From positions 1 through 60,165 of the IMG/VR virus record IMGVR_UViG_3300007775_000011: a DNA stretch of 60,165 nt. One strand, 5' to 3'. The position numbers and the translations under genes were made by a program. Below the pieces are notes generated by a model. It was not told the DNA's origin, searched no databases, and saw only the letters and a program-made list of their open reading frames with translations. Positions within the stretch are counted from its first letter, which is position 1. Every line of letters begins with the position of its first letter. Positions 1 to 9,580 of the stretch are shown here, in pieces. The DNA is from a virus. Lineage: Duplodnaviria > Caudoviricetes.

Positions 1-11
1 AAAAACTTTTT

Positions 12-923
12 CTAATCCTCTTGTACTAGTTCTTTCATTAGATCATCTGCATATTGCTGTGGAAGCTCCCCCGGATCAATATTTTTATTTTTTAATTCAA
101 TAATATGCACATCTTTTTTATACATAGCAAGATAAGCAGCTATTTTTTCAGCTTGTTCGATGGCTTGGGGATCTGGATCATAGAAAATAAATACTTCATC
201 AAATCTTCTAAGTTTTTTGGCCTGTTCCCTTCGGTATTTAATTCCAAACGAGTTAACTGATCCAAATCCTAGTCTCCATGTATCGGTAATTCCTTCATTT
301 AGTACAACTTTACTGCCGGGAACATTATCTAAACCATATAGACAATGTTTATGGTCTATGACTTCTAGTTCTTTTTTACAGGCTTTATATTTTAATTTAG
401 ATTTTTCGGTGTAATCCCTTCCTTGATAACTTACAAGTTTACCATATTGATAAATTGGAGCTATTATTCTGAATTTATAAGGGCCGGTATGATTTGTGCC
501 TAAAAGCCCCCAATCTTTTTCAAGTTTATCCGGGTCAAATCCCCTAGATTTGAGATAAGATTTATGGGCTTTATTAAGAGATCCAGTGCCGGGGGGCAGT
601 ATTAATTCTTTTATTCGTTTACGCAACCCACTTGTTTTATCGTTTGCGGGGATTTTATAAGCTGACCTATACCTAGATATTATTTTAGTAGTTTCTCTCC
701 AGGAGCAGCCAGACAAAGCCTTTACTACTTTTTTAATTGAATGGCCTCCACATCTCCAGCAACTATAAAAGCTGTCTGTAAGATGAAAACCAAGGTGCCA
801 ACCCGGATTTCCCCGGCAGAAAGGACATGGAATATGTACCCAACCGATAGAACAATGTTTATGTCCTTCAGTTCGATATTGTATTCCAGTATCTCGGTAA
901 TATCTAATGGCGTCAAATATCAT
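12..923 (-). CDS. DNA primase (Zn finger + Toprim)
   Basis: N-terminal CPFC...CWRC zinc-binding motif; YQGR, EGITD and YDPD Toprim motifs. Confidence 0.85.
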   Translation of the reverse strand: MIFDAIRYYRDTGIQYRTEGHKHCSIGWVHIPCPFCRGNPGWHLGFHLTDSFYSCWRCGGHSIKKVVKALSGCSWRETTKIISRYRSAYKIPANDKTSGLRKRIKELILPPGTGSLNKAHKSYLKSRGFDPDKLEKDWGLLGTNHTGPYKFRIIAPIYQYGKLVSYQGRDYTEKSKLKYKACKKELEVIDHKHCLYGLDNVPGSKVVLNEGITDTWRLGFGSVNSFGIKYRREQAKKLRRFDEVFIFYDPDPQAIEQAEKIAAYLAMYKKDVHIIELKNKNIDPGELPQQYADDLMKELVQED

Positions 924-1141
924 TATTTATTACCGTATGATTTTTTGAGTAAATAGGATAAGTTTAGGCCCATCCAAGATTTTTTACAATTAATGTTATG
1001 ATCATCATAGATCATATAAATAGTAATCAATCCTTTTGTTTTCCATCTTCTGGGAATTGATTCTAAAAAATCACATTTCATAAAATTAATTTGCAATCCC
1101 ATTTCATAAAATTTATTTGGATTTATTGAATGTTTTTTCAT
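923..1141 (-). CDS. hypothetical protein
   Basis: 72 aa ORF with overlapping start/stop coupling to both neighbours. Confidence 0.5.
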   Translation of the reverse strand: MKKHSINPNKFYEMGLQINFMKCDFLESIPRRWKTKGLITIYMIYDDHNINCKKSWMGLNLSYLLKKSYGNK

Positions 1142-2799
1142 CTCTTATTCTCCAATTTTTTGAGTAAATATTGAATTGTATTTTTTTCATTGACTTTTCC
1201 ATCTAATACTTGATCAGTCATACATTGTTTTTTATCTATTATTTGGATTAAATCTTCTTCCACAGTACCCATTGCGACCAAATAATAATTAGTGCAGTGT
1301 CTTGTCTGAGTCATTCTATTAATTCGATCCTCTGCTTGTTCATGATCAGAAGTTTTAAATGAGAATTCTATTGTTACTGAGTTTGCCGCAGCAGTAAGGG
1401 TAAGAGCTACACTGGCGGCTTTTAAATTTCCAATAAAGACAGTACAATTAGGGTCATTTTGGAATTTTAATTCAGATTGTCTTCTTTGTTTTGGTGATTT
1501 TGAACCATCTATTACGACACACTTATTTTGGAATTTATTGTATAGCTCCTCAATAATCACTTTATGATGAGCAAATATAACAAGTTTTTCTCCACTTCTT
1601 AAAAATTCTTCAATCCATTTAATACATTCTTTTATTTTAGAAAAAGCAGCAGCTTGTCGCAGTGCAGTTAGTCTTTCAATTGCCGGTAAGTTTTCGGTGG
1701 CGGCTAATTCTCTATTATATGATGCTTTATTTATTTCAATAGGAATAACTGATCTGATTTTTCCCGGCAGTTCTTTTAAAACTTCCGTCTTTTTCCTTCT
1801 GATCATAACTGAGCCCCGGAGCTTCTTATATAATTCATTAACATTAGATTGTCCGGTAAAGTTCCATCCAAATCCATTATGTTTTGGGTCACAATATCTG
1901 TGAGCGAACTTCCACCAACTTGGAAATATGGTAGAATCAATCATTTTAATAATTGGGAATAATTCAAGAATTTGATTTTCAAGAGGTGTTCCGGTTAATC
2001 CCTGAACGTGTTTTGCTTTTTTTGCTAATATTTCAAAAGCCCATCCCATTTGGCTTTTATTATTTCCAGCCATATGGAATTCATCGGCAGTAACAGATTT
2101 CCAATTAATATTAGCAAGATCGGGTCGAAGTGATACCTTTTTGCCTGTTTTTCTACAGACACGACAATCTTTTTTAAGTATCTTATTGCCGCTGCATTTA
2201 GGACAGGTATTTGTTACTGCAAGAATATTATAATTTATAATGACTATATCCCCGTATATTTTAACAGGGTTTTTACCATTGATGATTTGGACTGTTACAC
2301 CGGTCATTAATTCTTCTGCCTTTTCGGCCCACATATATTTAGCTGTAGCGGGGCAGCATATAATAGCCGGTCTTGCATCTTGTCGGAGTTGTAGCCAGGC
2401 AAGTGTTTGATAGGTTTTACCCAACCCCATATCATCGGCATTTAAAACTTTACCATTCCTGGCTTCATAAAATGCAACTCCATCTCGTTGAAAATTTTTT
2501 AATATTGCATTAAATCCTGTAATATTTTTGATGCTTTTTATTTGAAGGGGGTTTTTTCGATTATTTTTCCATTTCCGTAATTCCCGGCTTAATCTAAATT
2601 CCCAAGAACATAATTTTTTGATATTTTCTTCACAAAATTTGGTAGTCCATAAAGGGCCGGATTTATCAAATTTTCTGCCGCTTAGTGTTTTGACTTTTGC
2701 TATTAAATCCCATTGGGGTGGAAATTTAATATGTAATAAGTCATTTTCTAAATAGACAAATCTTTCAGGAAGAATAGGTTTTTTCTTAAGTAATTTCAT
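1138..2799 (-). CDS. SNF2-family (SMARCAL1/HARP-like) helicase
   Basis: DDMGLGKT Walker A, DEFH Walker B, LTGTP, QAEDRINR motif VI; N-terminal HARP-like segment. Confidence 0.9.
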   Translation of the reverse strand: MKLLKKKPILPERFVYLENDLLHIKFPPQWDLIAKVKTLSGRKFDKSGPLWTTKFCEENIKKLCSWEFRLSRELRKWKNNRKNPLQIKSIKNITGFNAILKNFQRDGVAFYEARNGKVLNADDMGLGKTYQTLAWLQLRQDARPAIICCPATAKYMWAEKAEELMTGVTVQIINGKNPVKIYGDIVIINYNILAVTNTCPKCSGNKILKKDCRVCRKTGKKVSLRPDLANINWKSVTADEFHMAGNNKSQMGWAFEILAKKAKHVQGLTGTPLENQILELFPIIKMIDSTIFPSWWKFAHRYCDPKHNGFGWNFTGQSNVNELYKKLRGSVMIRRKKTEVLKELPGKIRSVIPIEINKASYNRELAATENLPAIERLTALRQAAAFSKIKECIKWIEEFLRSGEKLVIFAHHKVIIEELYNKFQNKCVVIDGSKSPKQRRQSELKFQNDPNCTVFIGNLKAASVALTLTAAANSVTIEFSFKTSDHEQAEDRINRMTQTRHCTNYYLVAMGTVEEDLIQIIDKKQCMTDQVLDGKVNEKNTIQYLLKKLENKR

Positions 2800-2951
2800 T
2801 TAGTTCGGGTTCTTTTTATTTTAGTGGGGGTGGGTTTGGTTCTAATTCTTTTTGATTCCCCTATTCGATAGGCTATTATTGCGTGACAGTTTGGACATTC
2901 TTTAGTCCATTTTTCTCTGATCATAATTGATTTATTACATATAGGACACAT
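2796..2951 (-). CDS. small zinc-ribbon protein (51 aa; not in ORF track)
   Basis: MCPICNK...ECPNCH followed by a basic tail; ATGA overlap with the helicase start. Confidence 0.6.
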   Translation of the reverse strand: MCPICNKSIMIREKWTKECPNCHAIIAYRIGESKRIRTKPTPTKIKRTRTK

Positions 2952-3068
2952 TTAATTTACTCCATATGCCATGGCCCATTTAAAAAGCATAAATAAAACA
3001 ATATAAACAAAAATTATACATCCAAGGAATTCTTCTATATTGTTTTTTATATATTTGATAGGGTTCAT
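2952..3068 (-). CDS. small membrane peptide (38 aa; not in ORF track)
   Basis: MNPIKYIKNNIEEFLGCIIFVYIVLFMLFKWAMAYGVN, one hydrophobic segment, tightly packed between neighbours. Confidence 0.5.
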   Translation of the reverse strand: MNPIKYIKNNIEEFLGCIIFVYIVLFMLFKWAMAYGVN

Positions 3069-3070
3069 TT

Positions 3071-3544
3071 TTAAATCTCTTTTATATCGTCACGGTATTT
3101 ACAAAATGAATTTTTCCAGTCGGCAAGTGCGTCAATCGCATTACAGGCATCCTCAGATAAGTTATCACGATTAGCGCGGGTAATATGCGCAATGAGTTGA
3201 AAAATATGTTTGTCATCCCATTTTACATTAAATGCTCCGCAATACAAAGGAAGACAAGAAAAATCGAGGTCGGCCCACTGAAGGTCGGCTCTACGAAGAT
3301 TGGCTCCACGAAGGTCGGCTCCACTAAGGTCGGCTCTACGAAGATTGGCTCCACGAAGGTCGGCTCTACGAAGATTGGCTCCACGAAGGTCGGCTCTACG
3401 AAGATTGGCCCATTGAAGGTCGGCTCTACGAAGATTGGCTCCACTAAGGTCGGCTTCACGGAGATAGGCCCTGACCCCCAAACTATCCCCTTTAATCCAT
3501 AATTTATGCTTGATAATAATGCATTTCAGTTTTCTTGTGTCCAT
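3071..3544 (-). CDS. pentapeptide repeat protein
   Basis: A(D/N)Lxx repeats ([10 protein letters not shown]) encoded by near-perfect 30-bp tandem repeats; AAGGAG RBS. Confidence 0.9.
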   Translation of the reverse strand: MDTRKLKCIIIKHKLWIKGDSLGVRAYLREADLSGANLRRADLQWANLRRADLRGANLRRADLRGANLRRADLSGADLRGANLRRADLQWADLDFSCLPLYCGAFNVKWDDKHIFQLIAHITRANRDNLSEDACNAIDALADWKNSFCKYRDDIKEI

Positions 3545-3564
3545 ATTTTTATTCTCCTTTATTA

Positions 3565-3595
3565 AAAAGCTCCCCAGATATTCTAGGGAGCTTTT
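3565..3595 (-). terminator. intrinsic terminator
   Basis: AAAAGCTCCC...GGGAGCTTTT hairpin with T tracts, downstream of the DUF932 gene. Confidence 0.6.
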
Positions 3596-3603
3596 ATGGA
3601 TAA

Positions 3604-4587
3604 TTAAGCGGCAATTTTTACCGCTTCTTCAAAGGCTTTATTTTTTAATGAATTGAATTCACCAAACCAGGCAGAGTTTAATCTGGAATCAGTGGATCTA
3701 GTAGAACGATCATGATCAGCAAATTGGGTGACCGCATTAAGAAGACCCCAGACTGTACCGTCTGAAGAAGACATACCGGAACCAATAGCCCCGCCCTGGA
3801 ACAATTCAATGATCCGGGCCATTCTGCGTGGTTGGGGCTGTTCTTCGATACTTTTTTCAGCATCTCCCATTACGTTAATTAGGAATTTGACTGCTTGTTT
3901 ATCGCTGATTTTCTTTTCCGTCATAGCGATAATATTGCTTTTAAAATTCTTAAAAGAATCATGAACCAGACCAAGTTCGGCTTTAACTTCTTCAGGATTG
4001 AATTCACGGGAGTGAGGAACTTTTACAGAATATTCTTTCTGCCCTTCTCCCTTGTCGATAGCAAAAGAAAGAGTGTTATTGCAAACTACTCTAACTGAAG
4101 TAAATTGAGCTGTAGTAGCCAAAGAACCGTCACAGGAAGTAGCAAGGAGCAAATAGGATTCAATCCTATCATGTTTAATAGTAGCAACATCCCCGGTTTT
4201 AGCCAAAGCCCATATTTTTTTACCGTTGAACATACTACCGGCTGTTTCCATTTTGAATCCGGCTGTTTCGATTAGAGAGCGATAAAATTCAAGGACTTCT
4301 TTTGGCTGTACTACTTTGTATTGATCGGAAACGATTGAGAGGGGTTCTTGATTATCGGAGCGAAAAAGAACATTTTTATTTGGAAAAGGGAAAACTTCGT
4401 TATACTCTTCTCCGGTAGGATTAAAACGAACAGGGGCAGAAAGGATATCCCAATTTAGTCGGGCTTCCTCTATCCAAGTTTCAATAGGGGCATCAGCTGA
4501 TATCTTCTGGCCAAGCCCGTGCCACGGTACCTGACCTGCATAACCCATACTCTGTCCATCATTGATTTCATAAAGTTCGTGTGCCAT
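3604..4587 (-). CDS. DUF932 / TIGR03299 phage-plasmid protein
   Basis: MAHEL...[14 protein letters not shown] and WGLLNAVT motifs. Confidence 0.9.
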   Translation of the reverse strand: MAHELYEINDGQSMGYAGQVPWHGLGQKISADAPIETWIEEARLNWDILSAPVRFNPTGEEYNEVFPFPNKNVLFRSDNQEPLSIVSDQYKVVQPKEVLEFYRSLIETAGFKMETAGSMFNGKKIWALAKTGDVATIKHDRIESYLLLATSCDGSLATTAQFTSVRVVCNNTLSFAIDKGEGQKEYSVKVPHSREFNPEEVKAELGLVHDSFKNFKSNIIAMTEKKISDKQAVKFLINVMGDAEKSIEEQPQPRRMARIIELFQGGAIGSGMSSSDGTVWGLLNAVTQFADHDRSTRSTDSRLNSAWFGEFNSLKNKAFEEAVKIAA

Positions 4588-4649
4588 GGTAATTCTCCTT
4601 TGTCCTATTTAGGGTTGGAGTTAATAAAGCGGGTTTTGATTATGATTTA

Positions 4650-4678
4650 ATTATAAAAAATCGGATTAAGAAAGTAAA
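4650..4678 (-). promoter_or_regulatory. sigma70-type early promoter
   Basis: TTTACT-17 nt-TATAAT on the - strand with an upstream T-rich UP-like tract. Confidence 0.7.
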
Positions 4679-4887
4679 GAAAAAAAAGAATAAAAAGAAA
4701 ACTTTTATTCAAGTTTTTATCTATTTACTTGAAACAACAAATAAAAATTCAATTATAAAAAACCTCTTTACTTTTAAAAATCTGACTCTTACTCTTACCG
4801 TTAGTTACTTTAATTTTTAACAAATAGTTAAAAATTTAACTTAAAACAAATCATTCTAAAACCTTTTCTCAAAAACAAATCATTCCA

Positions 4888-5517
4888 ATGTCCAGAAAAA
4901 GAACCAAAACATATAAACCCAAAAGAAAGAGAACAAAAAACTATTCTCATAAAAAGAAACCCCCTATAAAACCAATCAATAGACAACATTATCATTCTTT
5001 CCAACCTGGTAATGAACTTTGGAAATTAGCCAAGAATCCCGGTAGGAACACTATATACCAATCAGCAGAAGAACTTTGGAAAAAAGCTTGCGAATATTTC
5101 GAGTATATAATTAATAATCCCCTAAAGGAAGCAAAGGTGGTTAATGATCACGGTACCCCTGATGTTATATACGTTGACAAGCTTCAAGCAATGACCAAAG
5201 AGGGGCTTTGTATTGTTCTTGGTATAGGTACCTCCACTTATGATGACTATCGGAAAAGGCCGGAATTTTCGGGTATCTGTAGTGAAATAGATAGTGTTAT
5301 GCGTAATCAGACTATAACCGGAGCGGCGGCAGGTCTATTGAATCATGCTATTATTGCCCGTTATTTAGGATTATCAGAAAAAAAAGAAGTAACCGGAGCC
5401 GATGGAGAACCTTTAATGCCGGTATCAGAGAATAATGAAAGAGCCAAGCAATCACGTTTGGCTTTAATGGCAAGTGTATCTGATGATCTAATTGAAGATG
5501 AAGGGGATGAAGAATGA
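4888..5517 (+). CDS. terS: terminase small subunit (P22 gp3-like)
   Basis: FQPGNELW...EELW..ACEYF, GAAAGLLNHAIIARYLGL; precedes TerL. Confidence 0.85.
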   Translation: MSRKRTKTYKPKRKRTKNYSHKKKPPIKPINRQHYHSFQPGNELWKLAKNPGRNTIYQSAEELWKKACEYFEYIINNPLKEAKVVNDHGTPDVIYVDKLQAMTKEGLCIVLGIGTSTYDDYRKRPEFSGICSEIDSVMRNQTITGAAAGLLNHAIIARYLGLSEKKEVTGADGEPLMPVSENNERAKQSRLALMASVSDDLIEDEGDEE

Positions 5518-5906
5518 TAACCGAAGAACAATATAAAAAAGCAATAGAGGATAGGAAGAAAGCAGAAGATATTATATCCCAGTATCATCAGGAATCCAAT
5601 GAGAGATTCGATGAAAGGTATCAGGAATTTGAAAAGGGAACCAAACCTTTTACCGATGATGAATTGAGATATGCTGCATATAACAGATGTCCTTGCGGCC
5701 ACGGTCTTGCTTATCCTAAAAACTGTAGGTTGAATCACTTTTGGGATTGTTCAGCTATTTTAAAAGGTATTGCGGATACAAAAGTGCAACATACTGGAAA
5801 ATTACCTTTTATGTTTTATTCAATAAAATCTGAAGATCAACCAAGTGCTCGTGGGGCTACAACTAGGGGCCCAGTTGTTCCTCAAGTTAAAAAGGATATA
5901 TCTTGA
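5514..5906 (+). CDS. hypothetical protein with Cys/His motif
   Basis: RCPCGHG...HFWDC; overlap-coupled to neighbours. Confidence 0.6.
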   Translation: MITEEQYKKAIEDRKKAEDIISQYHQESNERFDERYQEFEKGTKPFTDDELRYAAYNRCPCGHGLAYPKNCRLNHFWDCSAILKGIADTKVQHTGKLPFMFYSIKSEDQPSARGATTRGPVVPQVKKDIS

Positions 5907-7366
5907 ATTATCCTAATTTATTACAGTTCTGGAAAATCCAAATGTTACACCAAATGGGTGTCAAGGCGGTTATTCGTCCTTGTCATAAGGTGAAAGCACG
6001 AGCATTAACCAGATTAGTATTGGGGGAGCTTCCCAAACCAAATTTAATGATATTAGAACCTCCCCGGATCGGTAAAACTGATTTAGGGGTTAAAGCGTTT
6101 GTGCCTTGGGGCATGAGTTGGTTTCCTGATAGTGAATTTATTTTATCAAGTTACGCATCTTCACTTGCAACTGATAATAGTGTTTATATCAGGAATACTC
6201 TTGCATCTGATTGGTACCGTTCTATGATAGATGAAGAATGGGGAGCTAAGGTCAGAATAATGGGAGATAAAGCTGCCGGACGTTCTGATCATTTTTTTAC
6301 AGAACAGGGAGGCTCAGTTAAAGCGGTTGGACGTGGTGGCGGTATTACCGGATTTGGTGCTGGTAAGTTGAGAAAGGAATTTGGAGGGGCTATCATGATG
6401 GACGATATGATGAAAGCCCAGGAAGCTAAATCTCCAGCGATTAGAGCGGAAACCGTAAACTATTATAAGTCTACCCTTAAAAGCCGCCGGAATCGTCTTA
6501 AAACTCCAAAGACCCCCCTTGTTTTAATTATGCAGAGACTTCATAATCAGGACTTGGCCGGACATCTACTCAAAGAAGAAAGAGAGCAGTGGAATGTGGT
6601 ACAGATCCCGGCTCTTGATGAAAATGATATTAGTATTTGGGAAGATCGTTGCAGTCAAGAAGAAATGCTGGAAATGAGAGAGTATGACCCTGAAACTTTT
6701 TATGCCCAATATATGCAGAATCCCCAAGCCAGTTCTTCTATTATTCTTAAACCTGATTGGTGGAAGTATTGGAGAAATAAAGCAGCACTTGAAAATCGAA
6801 TTACACTTAAATTCATAACAGCTGATACTGCGTTTAAAGCAGCAGATGATAACGATTGGTCAGTATTTCAATGTTGGGGTTGTGAAGGGACAAGAGGTTT
6901 ACATTTAATTGATCAAATAAGGGGCCGTTGGGAGTTTCCTGAGTTGGTTCCTGTAGCAAAGGAATTTTGGTTAAAACATAGTACATATATTAGAGGTATA
7001 ACACCAGCATCTGAATTCTGGATAGAAGACAAAGCAAGCGGCATATCTCTTATCCAGACAATGCGAAAAGAGCCGTATAGCATCCCGGTAAATGCCTGGA
7101 CTCCTGACGAGATGCAAACCAGTCCTGATAAAGTAGGGAGAGCCAAACAAGCAGCCCAGCCCCTTTGTGCGGGTAGGATATCTGTCCCTGACCCGGAGAT
7201 GGGAAAAGAATTTAAGTTTTCACGTGATTTAGTAAATGAAGCTGAGGCATTTACTAATGATGATAGTCATCTTTATGATGATCAGGTTGATACATTTACG
7301 CAAGCGGTTTCTATTTGGATGGAAAGAGGCGGGGGCACCGGCCCTATGCCTTTGATGGACTCATAA
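5903..7366 (+). CDS. terL: terminase large subunit
   Basis: PPRIGKT Walker A, MMDD Walker B, IMQRLH, ADTA, IEDKASG and DDQVD nuclease motifs. Confidence 0.92.
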   Translation: MNYPNLLQFWKIQMLHQMGVKAVIRPCHKVKARALTRLVLGELPKPNLMILEPPRIGKTDLGVKAFVPWGMSWFPDSEFILSSYASSLATDNSVYIRNTLASDWYRSMIDEEWGAKVRIMGDKAAGRSDHFFTEQGGSVKAVGRGGGITGFGAGKLRKEFGGAIMMDDMMKAQEAKSPAIRAETVNYYKSTLKSRRNRLKTPKTPLVLIMQRLHNQDLAGHLLKEEREQWNVVQIPALDENDISIWEDRCSQEEMLEMREYDPETFYAQYMQNPQASSSIILKPDWWKYWRNKAALENRITLKFITADTAFKAADDNDWSVFQCWGCEGTRGLHLIDQIRGRWEFPELVPVAKEFWLKHSTYIRGITPASEFWIEDKASGISLIQTMRKEPYSIPVNAWTPDEMQTSPDKVGRAKQAAQPLCAGRISVPDPEMGKEFKFSRDLVNEAEAFTNDDSHLYDDQVDTFTQAVSIWMERGGGTGPMPLMDS

Positions 7367-7384
7367 TTTAAGGAGGAATATATA

Positions 7385-7884
7385 ATGTCATTTGATTGGA
7401 AAAAAACGGTTAAAGCAATTGCACCTATGATCGGAACCGCTATTGGAGGCCCATTTGGTGGAATGGCATCTGCTGCTATTACTTCTGTATTGGGTATCAG
7501 TCCTGATTCTACAGATGATCAAATATCTGAAGCAATAAAGACCGCTTCCCCGGAACAGTTGGTTGCCCTTCGGAAAGCCGAGAAGGGTTTTAAAATCAAA
7601 ATGAAAGAACTGGATATCAAGATCGTGATTCAGCCAGACAAAGAGAAGTTGCCCTTGGTGGTGATTTGACGGTACAAATTCTTGCTGTTTTGGTTCTTAT
7701 CGGGTTTTTGGGAATGTGTATTTATTTAATCGGATGGGGACTGGAAGAGACCGCAAATGCGGGTTTAGCCGGTACTGTTATTGGTTATGTATCAGCCAAG
7801 GCAACTCAGGTTTGTAATTACTATTTTGGATCATCAAAGGGAAGTAAAGATAAAACCATATTAGCTGGTTTAGTAAATAAATAA
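7385..7884 (+). pseudogene. holin-like gene interrupted by a frameshift near 7620
   Basis: Frame 1 gives APMIGTAIGGPFGG...KMKELDI; the -1 frame continues YQDRDSARQRE plus two TM helices and YYFGSSKGSKDKT, together resembling one 3TM-holin-like protein. Confidence 0.7.
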
Positions 7885-7898
7885 AAGGAGAAGAACAA

Positions 7899-8285
7899 AT
7901 GCCGGTATCTTATTCAGTTGATCCTATACAGCCACCCAGAAACGCCACTCTTGAAATTCATGAGTTTGTAGTTGAAGCAGATGGTGCTGGAGTAGTACCT
8001 AATCAAGATACAGCATCAATTCACGGTTGGGTAGCTTTGGTGGAAGTTGTACCTGATTCTGTAGCTCCCCCTGCTGCTGCTTTTGATATCGCTCTTAATA
8101 CTCAGGATGGTATTGATGTATTGGGTGGACAGGGAGATCAGATTAGTGTATCCGCTCCTTCTCAATTTGTTCCGCAAGTCGGGGATGGTTTGGGCACAAG
8201 GCCCGTGTCTGGGGTTCTTACTTTCACTTGTTCTAATATTGGGGCAAGTAATAAAGTGGTCATTAAAGTCACCGTGGAAAAATAA
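7899..8285 (+). CDS. hypothetical beta-rich virion protein
   Basis: 128 aa, AAGGAG RBS, in the late operon. Confidence 0.6.
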   Translation: MPVSYSVDPIQPPRNATLEIHEFVVEADGAGVVPNQDTASIHGWVALVEVVPDSVAPPAAAFDIALNTQDGIDVLGGQGDQISVSAPSQFVPQVGDGLGTRPVSGVLTFTCSNIGASNKVVIKVTVEK

Positions 8286-9211
8286 TGTCAGGATCAAGCT
8301 CACGATCATACGGCCATTTTATTTATGCTGCCCTGGCTTCTTTATTTCAAGAGGCTCCGGGATCGGAAATAATACTACCTGATCCTGGCACTTACTACAA
8401 GTGGTCAAATTCGACTGTAGGGCAGCAATCAGCTCCTTATGGGGTAATAGCTGACTCTGCTAATGATCGGCTCTTAGTCGCTAAAAAAGGGGGCGGCAAT
8501 TATCTAATTAATTATAATGCTTCTATAGAGATTGATCCCAATCAGTGTTTCGGAGCTGCTTTATTTAAAAATGGGGTTTTAATACCCTCTACAATACAAA
8601 GACAGACTTCACCTGAACCAGCAAGAATCCATGCTGATAGTATTAGTTTAGTTGTTGGGGATTTAGTAACTGGAAGTATTGATAATTTAAAAATCCAAGA
8701 TGGTGTATTTTATGAAATTGCCGAAAAAACTGGGATACCTGGATTTTCTTTATTAATGACTTTTACAGATGGAGAAGCTTTATCTGATATATTTGAGTTT
8801 ATTGGTGATTATGATGGTTCAGCAAGTCATCAGGTAAAGGGGTCTGTTTACAATAATACAGGAACTATTTTTGATAATTTTACTTTATTTGATGCTGATT
8901 TTGCTTCCTTACCTTCTATTCAGTACAAAAAACGGTTTACTTTTCCCGGTACGTTATCTGATTATTATAATAATGACAAGGAAGTAATTATTAAAATTGA
9001 ACACGAGACATCAGGAAATACCAACCATAGATTTTATATGGATGAAATAGCAATAGTCAGGAGAAAATCAATATTGAATATATCAGCATCTGACATTATT
9101 CCTTTATCTCCGGGTGATTATATTGATTTGAGATTTTTTTGTCCTGCTAATTCCCAAACAGTAATTGTTAAAGATGCAAATTTAAACATTATTAAGAAAT
9201 ATAATAGTTGA
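8285..9211 (+). CDS. putative virion appendage protein (jelly-roll-like)
   Basis: beta-rich 308 aa protein between TerL and portal; N-terminal SSSRSYG motif. Confidence 0.5.
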   Translation: MSGSSSRSYGHFIYAALASLFQEAPGSEIILPDPGTYYKWSNSTVGQQSAPYGVIADSANDRLLVAKKGGGNYLINYNASIEIDPNQCFGAALFKNGVLIPSTIQRQTSPEPARIHADSISLVVGDLVTGSIDNLKIQDGVFYEIAEKTGIPGFSLLMTFTDGEALSDIFEFIGDYDGSASHQVKGSVYNNTGTIFDNFTLFDADFASLPSIQYKKRFTFPGTLSDYYNNDKEVIIKIEHETSGNTNHRFYMDEIAIVRRKSILNISASDIIPLSPGDYIDLRFFCPANSQTVIVKDANLNIIKKYNS

Positions 9212-9220
9212 GGTTGTTTT

Positions 9221-9580
9221 ATGTCAAGTTCAAGATCATATGGCCGGGGCCCAATAATTGATGAGATATTTAATGACATAGGAACTAAGTCAACGGGGAC
9301 AGTAACTATTGATTATAATAATGGGTCTTATCAAAAACTTACTGTTGGTGGTGATATTTCTATTGCTTTTAGTAATTTACCTGTATCTGGGAAAGCATGG
9401 GGAATTACTCTTGAACTTGTAAATGGGGCCGCTCATACTATTACTTGGCCAGCCGCTTTAAAAACTCCAGCCGGGGATACTTTAGAACAGACAGCTGCTG
9501 GAACTGATATACTTGTTTTTACTGGGCATACAGGCTCTGATACTATTTATGGTATGACTGCTGCGGAGGATATACAGTGA
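9221..9580 (+). CDS. fibre-associated beta-sandwich protein
   Basis: TIDYNNGSYQKLT...FSNLP...ITWP...GTDILVF, a pattern common in phage fibre domains; N-terminal SSSRSYG. Confidence 0.6.
   Translation: MSSSRSYGRGPIIDEIFNDIGTKSTGTVTIDYNNGSYQKLTVGGDISIAFSNLPVSGKAWGITLELVNGAAHTITWPAALKTPAGDTLEQTAAGTDILVFTGHTGSDTIYGMTAAEDIQ

Noticed and set aside
3185-3502. Alternative-frame repeat ORFs (KVGST / VEPTF)
   Set aside because: Shadows of the 15/30-bp pentapeptide repeat; no RBS.
7585-7593. G GGT TTT slippery heptamer as a programmed frameshift joining the holin halves
   Set aside because: A -1 shift there meets TAA immediately (7591-7593).
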